From positions 1 to 57,456 of IMG/VR virus record IMGVR_UViG_3300013004_000054: 57,456 nt of DNA; one strand, given 5' to 3'. The position numbers were made by a program, and so were the translations under genes. The notes under the pieces are model-generated. The model saw only the letters and a list, made by a program, of their open reading frames with translations. It was not told the origin of the DNA and did not search any database. The number at the start of each line of letters is the position of its first letter. Position 1 is the stretch's first letter. Positions 50,544 to 57,456 of the stretch are shown in pieces. This stretch comes from a virus (Duplodnaviria > Caudoviricetes).

Positions 50544-52574
50544 TTAGTACTCGATTGCCGCTGCGGTTGCGCCACCAGTTGTGTCGCGGAGGGCTGCTGC
50601 CACACCGTTAACATTGATGGTTGATGTAACCTTAAGTGACTCGATACCAACCTTTGCAACACCTTCGAAGGTCTCAACGAACATCTTGTAGTCGTTGGTT
50701 CCAACAAGGGTAGAGTCGCGGATAACACCGAGGTCCAAAGTTCCACCGTCAAGGAACAAGAATGTTCCTTCAGCGAAGATGTACCATACGAATGTGTCAC
50801 CGAACTCGTTCATTGCACCAGAACCTTGTGAATCATCGAAACCGTCGATGTGCCACGTCATGTTGATGCCACGAGATGCAATGTAACCTTCGATCTCTGC
50901 ATATGCGTTCAAGGTGTTGTCACCAGGAGCTGCAATTGCAAGATCTGCTGCCATAGCGTCGCGAACCCATGCAGGTGCGATAACGCGTAGTGGAGCATCA
51001 GCCTCTAGACGATGACGTCCGCGGTAGTTAGCAGCTGCACGGCCTAGTTGAACTAGGTAGTCGCGGCCCATACCGATAAGGCTTGTTGATGTTACTGCTG
51101 TTGATAATGCTGTCAAGCGAGTAAGGATTTGGCCCTCAGCTTCGCGTGCGTGCTGGACCAGGCCAAGCTCGTTGTGACGAGCAATAAGTTCTGGGTAAGC
51201 ACGTGACATAAGGTTACCGAACTGCATTTGAAGTGTAACAGCGTCAGTTGCGACGGTTGTTTCACTTGCTGCGGTTACAGTAAGGCTTGATTTTGTTCCA
51301 GGTGTTTCTGCTGAATCGTTTGCAGCAGTCCACACGCCCACAGCGTTTCCGTATGCGGAAAGTGCTGGTGGAGTAATGAAGCGAATACCACCACGGTCAG
51401 CTTGGAACTTAGGAAGTGCGTCACGTACTGGACGTGCTGTTGTTCCCAATCCGAAGATGTCGTACTTGGTGGTGAATGGTGCTTGGTGTCCACCGGAAGC
51501 AACAAGTGCTTCAGGGCCTGTTACAGCTTGGACTTTAGCCCAGTTTCCTTCAGCATCCTGTGTAAGGATGCGTGATTCTGGATATTGAGTTGAGACGGAT
51601 GCAACGATGTGTTGTTCTCCATCTCCACCGTTTACACGGCGTAGACCATGAAGACGCTTTGCCATAAGTTCGGCAACTTCCTTCATGTCGTTTACTGAAC
51701 TACCGGCGGTGTAACCAGGGATGTCAGCGCCTGCCGTGATTGCCACGGTGGCTACTGAAGCCTGAGCTACTGGGCGACGGTCAGCTGGAGCCTCAAAGGA
51801 CTCCTCTGATGATACGGCGGCGGTCACTGGTGCCTCCTGCTCTTTCTGCTCTGTTTGAGCTGTTTCTTGAGTTGTTGATGATGCTTCTGCATCGACTTCA
51901 ACTACCACTGCAGCATCTGCTGTAACTTCGGCTGGTGCCTCGACTACTGCGGCCTCAGCTGGTGCTGATTCCTCTGGTGCTACTTCTGGAGTTGCTTCTG
52001 GCATTACTTCACCTTCGGCTGAAGCTGTAACTGCAGGTGCTTCTTCAGCAACTGCAACTGCTTCTTCCTTAGGCTCTTCTACTGAAAATTCTGCAGGTGC
52101 AGCTTCCTCAGTTGTAATTGTTGTTTCTACTGTTGCTGTTGGTTCTGTGTCGGTTGACAATTCGGATCCTTCAATCGCAGCAGCTGATGCTTCCATCGGC
52201 TTCTTTTTTGCATCTTCTTCTTCTGCAGTAGGTGCTTTTTCAGGAGCAGCAGGTTCTTCTGCTGGGTCCATAGCATCTTCTGCTGGAGTTTCTGCATCTT
52301 CAGCCTTTGGCATATCTTCAGCTGCACCCTTAACGCGTGTTGCGGCTTCGGCTGCACGTGCAGCAAGCTCTTCAGCTTGTGCTTCACGGCGGCTTACTTC
52401 ACCACGAACGGTGTCAAGCATGTCAGCAAGAGATGTCATTGCATCTACTGTCTGCGGAGTTGGTTCTTCTTTTTCAACCGTTTCGAACTCAGCAACAATA
52501 GCGCTCTGTAGCTCGGCGAGAGATTTCTCGTCTAGCTCAGATAGCATATCTAGCTGTTCTTTGATACGATCCAC
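50544..52574 (-). CDS. Major capsid protein (probable hexamer protein) with N-terminal scaffold-like acidic region
   Basis: Probable GTG start at 52574 after GGAGGAGG. Helical N-terminus plus A/E/P-rich linker; ALVASGG, LP.F...RGGI, LDLGV.RDS.L...ND...F.E motifs. Confidence 0.8.
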   Translation of the reverse strand: MDRIKEQLDMLSELDEKSLAELQSAIVAEFETVEKEEPTPQTVDAMTSLADMLDTVRGEVSRREAQAEELAARAAEAATRVKGAAEDMPKAEDAETPAEDAMDPAEEPAAPEKAPTAEEEDAKKKPMEASAAAIEGSELSTDTEPTATVETTITTEEAAPAEFSVEEPKEEAVAVAEEAPAVTASAEGEVMPEATPEVAPEESAPAEAAVVEAPAEVTADAAVVVEVDAEASSTTQETAQTEQKEQEAPVTAAVSSEESFEAPADRRPVAQASVATVAITAGADIPGYTAGSSVNDMKEVAELMAKRLHGLRRVNGGDGEQHIVASVSTQYPESRILTQDAEGNWAKVQAVTGPEALVASGGHQAPFTTKYDIFGLGTTARPVRDALPKFQADRGGIRFITPPALSAYGNAVGVWTAANDSAETPGTKSSLTVTAASETTVATDAVTLQMQFGNLMSRAYPELIARHNELGLVQHAREAEGQILTRLTALSTAVTSTSLIGMGRDYLVQLGRAAANYRGRHRLEADAPLRVIAPAWVRDAMAADLAIAAPGDNTLNAYAEIEGYIASRGINMTWHIDGFDDSQGSGAMNEFGDTFVWYIFAEGTFLFLDGGTLDLGVIRDSTLVGTNDYKMFVETFEGVAKVGIESLKVTSTINVNGVAAALRDTTGGATAAAIEY

Positions 52575-52693
52575 TGCTGTCCCTCCTCCGGGCCAGTCAT
52601 GATGAACGAGTTTGTTCATTCGCTTATCAGTCCAAGGCCGAGGGACTCCGCTGGGATTCCAGCGTGGAGGCACTCCACCCGAATTGAATAATA
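52575..52693 (-). promoter_or_regulatory. Putative -10 (TATTAT) and structured 5' leader of the major capsid gene
   Basis: Four hairpins plus a long-range pairing over the SD (see findings). Confidence 0.55.
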
Positions 52694-52720
52694 CATTGTT
52701 TTCATAGGGTATTACTTTTA

Positions 52721-55700
52721 TTAGGTTAGCAATCGAAGCAATTTACTCATTTCAGAGGACACTTGTCCTTGATTGAAGTAATCGCCTCCTGCCATGTAGT
52801 CGCGTAGTCCCTTTGTGGCGACGTCCGCGTCTTCCTGACCGATCTTATCTTCCACTCTAACAATCATGTCTTTTACAAGATCCTTTAGAGCTGGAGGTAG
52901 ATCACTGAATCTCACCTTCTCGGCATCCTTACCGAAAGGTAAAGGTAGATTGGCGATTACCTCACCAAGCTGCCTTGCTGATTCACGCACATTAGTTAGA
53001 GCCTCTGGATTAAGGGCTCCCGAGTCAATACGGTCAACTATTCCAATAAGATCTACGGCTGAACGTGCAGCCTCAAGATAATTACCGGCACTGTCTAGTT
53101 TCTCGGTTTCCTCGATCTTGTCTACAACATCCTGTAAGCTACTATCGCCAAGATCCTGCTTTATACGAGCTAGAACTTGACGAAACTTACCTTTGTCATC
53201 ACGCGGCTGAGTTACGCCAGGAAGGTACTTACCTGCCTGAACCTTTGTTACTTCTCCAAACTCAGCCGCTGATGCTTTTCCCAAGTCAGACCAGCGAACC
53301 TTTTCTGCAGGTTCTACAACTGCTTCCGCAGATGCGGTAATTGATGGAATACGTGAACGAAGTCCCTCAACACTGAAACCAATTTCCTCAGAGGACATTG
53401 CTTTCCAGTTTTCAGGGATTAGGTCAGCCTTATCAAGTTGACGTGCTCTCTTCATAATGTGGCGTCGAACTGCCGCACGTTTTCCTGGCTTAGAACGACC
53501 ATAAGCTTGAATAGAATCTTTAAGTGAATCTACGTTTGTGATTGGGTATGAGCCATCTGGCAGCGCAAGCCCTTTCTTTGCAAGTTTCTGGCGAGTCTCT
53601 CTTGAGATATAACCGAAACTGTCATCAAAGTCATCTGTAACTCGAACTCGAGAGCTGAGCTCTGTCATGCGAGCTGTAAGTTCTGCCTTCCTAGCTTCGA
53701 TAATTGGTGCAAACTTAGAACGAACATCATCAGCCTTGGCTGATAGCTCTGCAAGTTCTAACTGCTCCAATTTTGCAACTCTAGCGGCAAGTTCTGCTAC
53801 AGGGTCACCTTTCATGCGTGCAAGAGTCTGAGCGCCAGCGGCAACAAGTGCCATAACCTGGCCAGACGCAACGCGCGCTCTAGCAATCGGGAATCCAGGC
53901 ACATTCACCTGGCAAACCGCAACCAGTTCAAGGCTTCCCTTAATTGGGCGCCAATCACCGGAAGGGGCAGATGCGCGAAGTGCGCGGATCTGCTCTGGAG
54001 TGGTGCCTGGGCGAAGTGCGCCCGCAACCCAGATGCCGTGAGCATCTTCTCCAGCATGGACATCCGCTATGGCAGAGGCAGTGTCATCGTAATGACGTGC
54101 AGCATCGACTGCACTTGCCTCAAGCGGAGCATGTCCTCCTGCAAGTGTAAGTTGACCAACAGGAACATCAGCTCCTGCGTCAGTGCGAACTACGCCAGTA
54201 TGGAAGTAAGCATACTTGCTCTTACTCCGTGGCGCGCGAGTTCCAAAGGCCATACCAATATGATCTATATGCCAAGCAGCAATATGACCAAATACGTGAC
54301 CTTCATCTGTAATCGTGAGAGGCGTAGCCTTCTCAAGCTTTGGGTTTTCGAACCACTCGTTTGGTGGAACAACTGGAATTGCACCAGCAACGAATCCACA
54401 AGCGACTAACGCTGCAGCCTCCACTGGGTCCACTTCTTCCACATAGACTCCATCAGGAATCACGTTATCCTCCTGCTCGTTGTTTTCCTCGACGAGGAAA
54501 ATCCTACATTCTTGGAACGCAGGCTTAGGTACAATTGTAACTCCCATTACTCTAGCCTGAGTAATGTTTAACTTACCGTTTGTGACCTTGTCCTCTGCTC
54601 CGTTTTCAGTTTCAGCTGATTCTTCCTGCGCTTCAAACTTATCCATGTCTGCTGAAACACCACGGATAAAACCTTCACGAACTAGACGTTCGGCTTCCTT
54701 GCCAAATTCTCCACTATCAAAAACGCCTGTAGCGTTACCAATACCTTCATCGGTGCGTTCCATATGGTCGATGCGACCAACAACAACTGAGCCCATGTGC
54801 CCGTCAGCTGTCTTGATTTGCCACATCAGAGGCAACGGCAGCTCACGTAGTTCAATAGCGCCCTTCTCAAACTTGCGGCCATCACCAGACTCAAGACCCT
54901 CTGGGATTACCAAAGGAATCGTGAACTTGGCACCAGTCTCAACCCACTCGCCGCTGGCAGTCAACTGCATGCGAACTCGGGCATCATTTGAGCGAGCGTG
55001 TAATGACGCAATCTCAAGTACTTTTTCCATAGAATTAACTACCTCTGTGCTAAACACATTACGACCCTTACGACCATAAAGTTGTGCGTGACGCTTATCG
55101 CCTGTCCACATGCCAGTCATCTCATGATGACGAAGTGCACAATATCCTTTAGAGCGAGGACCCATGTACTTGGATAGATAACGAACACAGCGTGTCCAGT
55201 CTCCACCCGTCCCCCAACGGATCTTCATTCCACCCTTGCCAATTGTCCAATAACGACGTAAACGCTCAGCATTACCGCGATTGCGATCTGCGCCACCAGC
55301 TGCAACAAGTGCATAGTTCATCATGTCTTCGTTTGGTCCCCATAGAACCATCAATAGATGATTTACACCAGCTGACGCTACCTTAGGAGCCTCAGTTCGT
55401 GGCGTAGCGTTGTCTTGCTCTACAAGACCACCATCAACTTGCTCTAATACGTTGTAGTAGGTCTCGCCGTCAAGCGGAACAACAGGTGGAGGTGTAGCAG
55501 AGTTTAGATCTGCAAGAATTCCTTCGTCCTTAACCCAGTTTTTATTAGATCTCTTAAATGTTACTGCAGATGTTCGTTTTGTGCTTGCTGGGACAATAGC
55601 TACAAGCTCCAATACCGCACGAGGGTCATCTGGTGATACCAGGGCGACAAACAACGGCGTAACATCTGACGTATCTGGTGTCAGCTCAACATCTTTTTCA

Positions 55701-57454
55701 TTATTTTCGCCAGCAGCGGTAATCTCTCGCAGATTGCTTGTTACAGGCTGATACCAAAGACGATTTGGATGAGATACCTCACCGGTCTTCTTATCCTTGA
55801 CACTCTTGTTCAACCAATCCTTAAGGTTTGGATCCTTGTATGCATCAAGTGTGATTTTTGCGCCTACAGATTTCATGAAGTTAAGCATGTTGTCTGAGAT
55901 TGTGATCTTCTTGCTTTGGAAAGGTGTTTTTGCGTCAGGAGTTACATCAGAAGTTGAAATTGGATCACTCGGAGAGCTAGTAGGCGCAGTTCCTGTTGGT
56001 GCTTTTAGATTTGCACCAGGTGCTGTGCTTGTTGGCGCAGAAGTGCCAGTCTCAAGAGGCTTAAATGCATCGCGCTGCTCTTTGATCCATGCAGGCCAAT
56101 TATAAAGAACCTTTTGAAGATCGCCTGGTGTCAGAGCTGGAAGAGTTCCAGGGATCTTTGCGTTTGGACGGTCAACTGGAACGCGTGGTTCACCAAGAAT
56201 ACCTGAAACATCGAGTGGTGGAACGTCCGCGGTGTCATAAGTCATAGAAGGCAAGAAGTTTGATGCCTTTTCAGTTGTATTGGCTGGTACATCTACGAGG
56301 TTGCCGCTGTCAAGCAGCACAGAAACACTTTGAGTGTCTGGGTTGATAGCACGAATGTAGCCAATTCCATTTTGAAGGTCTCCACCGATAACTACACGTG
56401 AACCTTGTGCCGCAAACTTTCCGTTTGCATCACGTACTTGCCGCGCCGCGTTCTTTGAACGCTCTTCAGGAGTGTATTGCCCATCAGCAGCGGGTGCGCC
56501 AGTTTCTCCAGCACCAGTTCCGCCACCGGATGTTTCACCAGCAGCAGTAATAGCATAGTCAACTGCCTGCCAGTCAATCTCGCCGACAGCTTCATTAAAC
56601 ATTTGAGCTTCTACCGCATCAATTTCATTGATGTGAATTGGCGCAAGTGGTTTCTGCTGCATTATCGCTGAGATAACTATTGCAGACTCAGGGTCGATTG
56701 TTATGTGTTCCTTTTGGATCATGTCATAAGGGCCATCAAGTGACTTATCGTATGTGTAGATATCGTTCTCGATGTTACCGAGATCGTCCCAACCTGATCC
56801 GTCCCACACGTAGACGTTTCCATTCATGTCAATCTTGTATAGACGGTCAATTCCTGAGCCGTCAAGACGCACGCGTGCGACAAACTCTGGTCCCTTCACT
56901 GACTCTAGCTCATAGGCTTCTTTGAAAGCATCAACGTCTGATCCATAGCCATTTTCAGTGCGATAGTCATTAAAATCTGGTTCATAGCTAGGAGATGCGT
57001 ATCCGTCTGATGTTAAACCTTTTTTATTTTCGCGTTCTACGATTGCTTGCGCCCAGCGCCATCCCGAGTCTCCGCCCCAGAGAGCCCACGCAATGCGCCC
57101 GCGAGAAGGAAAGCCCTTCTCACCCGGTTCCCACCCCTCCGCCTTCTTGTCAATCTCATGACGAGGAAAATACTTAGCAATATGACGAACTTTTTGAAGT
57201 CCAATTTGACCACCCTTAGCAAGCGTGTATGCAGTGTTGAGACCTACAGGTGTTCCACCGCGGTCGTGTTCTTTGCGCCATTCAAGCGCTTTCTTTGCCT
57301 CGGCCTGCACACCCTTTGGGATCGTGTATAGACGACCAGCAGAAGCAACAATTTTAATGTCAAGGCTAGTTAGAGCACCAGCAGCAAGATCAGTGATAGA
57401 TGATGAAAATACCTCATTGGTAGTCTCCCATCTGCGAGAACTAATAAGGTGATC
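52721..57454 (-). CDS. Multi-domain head morphogenesis/capsid maturation protease polyprotein; 5'-truncated by the window
   Basis: Frame is open to the window end. GRIAWALWGGD domain, RD..GKF motifs, L.RYW..G.G..KIRWG domain, protease-like domain (GDGR, GH, RGVSAD), second GH.A.W/SGDWR domain, DUF6582-like PDGSYPI domain. Confidence 0.8.
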   Translation of the reverse strand, partial: DHLISSRRWETTNEVFSSSITDLAAGALTSLDIKIVASAGRLYTIPKGVQAEAKKALEWRKEHDRGGTPVGLNTAYTLAKGGQIGLQKVRHIAKYFPRHEIDKKAEGWEPGEKGFPSRGRIAWALWGGDSGWRWAQAIVERENKKGLTSDGYASPSYEPDFNDYRTENGYGSDVDAFKEAYELESVKGPEFVARVRLDGSGIDRLYKIDMNGNVYVWDGSGWDDLGNIENDIYTYDKSLDGPYDMIQKEHITIDPESAIVISAIMQQKPLAPIHINEIDAVEAQMFNEAVGEIDWQAVDYAITAAGETSGGGTGAGETGAPAADGQYTPEERSKNAARQVRDANGKFAAQGSRVVIGGDLQNGIGYIRAINPDTQSVSVLLDSGNLVDVPANTTEKASNFLPSMTYDTADVPPLDVSGILGEPRVPVDRPNAKIPGTLPALTPGDLQKVLYNWPAWIKEQRDAFKPLETGTSAPTSTAPGANLKAPTGTAPTSSPSDPISTSDVTPDAKTPFQSKKITISDNMLNFMKSVGAKITLDAYKDPNLKDWLNKSVKDKKTGEVSHPNRLWYQPVTSNLREITAAGENNEKDVELTPDTSDVTPLFVALVSPDDPRAVLELVAIVPASTKRTSAVTFKRSNKNWVKDEGILADLNSATPPPVVPLDGETYYNVLEQVDGGLVEQDNATPRTEAPKVASAGVNHLLMVLWGPNEDMMNYALVAAGGADRNRGNAERLRRYWTIGKGGMKIRWGTGGDWTRCVRYLSKYMGPRSKGYCALRHHEMTGMWTGDKRHAQLYGRKGRNVFSTEVVNSMEKVLEIASLHARSNDARVRMQLTASGEWVETGAKFTIPLVIPEGLESGDGRKFEKGAIELRELPLPLMWQIKTADGHMGSVVVGRIDHMERTDEGIGNATGVFDSGEFGKEAERLVREGFIRGVSADMDKFEAQEESAETENGAEDKVTNGKLNITQARVMGVTIVPKPAFQECRIFLVEENNEQEDNVIPDGVYVEEVDPVEAAALVACGFVAGAIPVVPPNEWFENPKLEKATPLTITDEGHVFGHIAAWHIDHIGMAFGTRAPRSKSKYAYFHTGVVRTDAGADVPVGQLTLAGGHAPLEASAVDAARHYDDTASAIADVHAGEDAHGIWVAGALRPGTTPEQIRALRASAPSGDWRPIKGSLELVAVCQVNVPGFPIARARVASGQVMALVAAGAQTLARMKGDPVAELAARVAKLEQLELAELSAKADDVRSKFAPIIEARKAELTARMTELSSRVRVTDDFDDSFGYISRETRQKLAKKGLALPDGSYPITNVDSLKDSIQAYGRSKPGKRAAVRRHIMKRARQLDKADLIPENWKAMSSEEIGFSVEGLRSRIPSITASAEAVVEPAEKVRWSDLGKASAAEFGEVTKVQAGKYLPGVTQPRDDKGKFRQVLARIKQDLGDSSLQDVVDKIEETEKLDSAGNYLEAARSAVDLIGIVDRIDSGALNPEALTNVRESARQLGEVIANLPLPFGKDAEKVRFSDLPPALKDLVKDMIVRVEDKIGQEDADVATKGLRDYMAGGDYFNQGQVSSEMSKLLRLLT

Positions 57455-57456
57455 AA

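Noticed and set aside
52575-52673. Track's N-terminal extension of the major capsid protein (MPPRWNP...)
   Set aside because: A strong SD precedes GTG 52574, and the extension coincides with the hairpin-rich leader.

Overview
The window is a fragment of a tailed dsDNA phage (siphovirus-type), most likely infecting Actinomycetota. This rests on a WhiB gene, an MSMEG_6728-type glycosylase, a head/tail module resembling mycobacteriophage cluster B, and extended -10 promoters. Its moderate GC content fits a freshwater low-GC actinobacterial host (inference). Two blocks converge at about 20.2 kb. The + strand block (<1-20218) encodes Thr-rich collagen-like fibres, an Asp-box propeller, a 1529-aa CBM-like repeat protein and two tandem paralogs. 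It ends in an enzyme cassette: U32-methyltransferase fusion, membrane transporter, DUF6065-like protein, methyltransferase and GT2-TPR glycosyltransferase. The - strand block (>57456 to 20202) runs from head polyprotein/protease, two capsid proteins and the tail module through a kinase-UDG-fold fusion, a thymidylate synthase homolog, two deaminases flanking PolA, RuvC-like nuclease, SNF2 helicase, exonuclease/Sak4/SSB, two paralogous GT-B-like proteins, an all-alpha dNTPase, a C5 DNA methyltransferase, a DenV-like glycosylase and WhiB. The strongest candidates for new biology are: (1) a cytosine hypermodification pathway (dCMP-type TS homolog, kinase-UDG fusion, dCTPase-like enzyme, two GTs); (2) a C5-methyltransferase with a natural Asn-to-Lys change in motif X, the change known to create carboxymethyltransferases; (3) the U32-MTase/transporter/GT2-TPR cassette beside BclA-like fibres; (4) a ~65-aa beta-module inserted eight times into four virion genes; (5) a structured RNA leader on the major capsid gene. 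No tRNA, rRNA, CRISPR array or integrase was seen. All calls are by-eye motif recognition, with no database searches.
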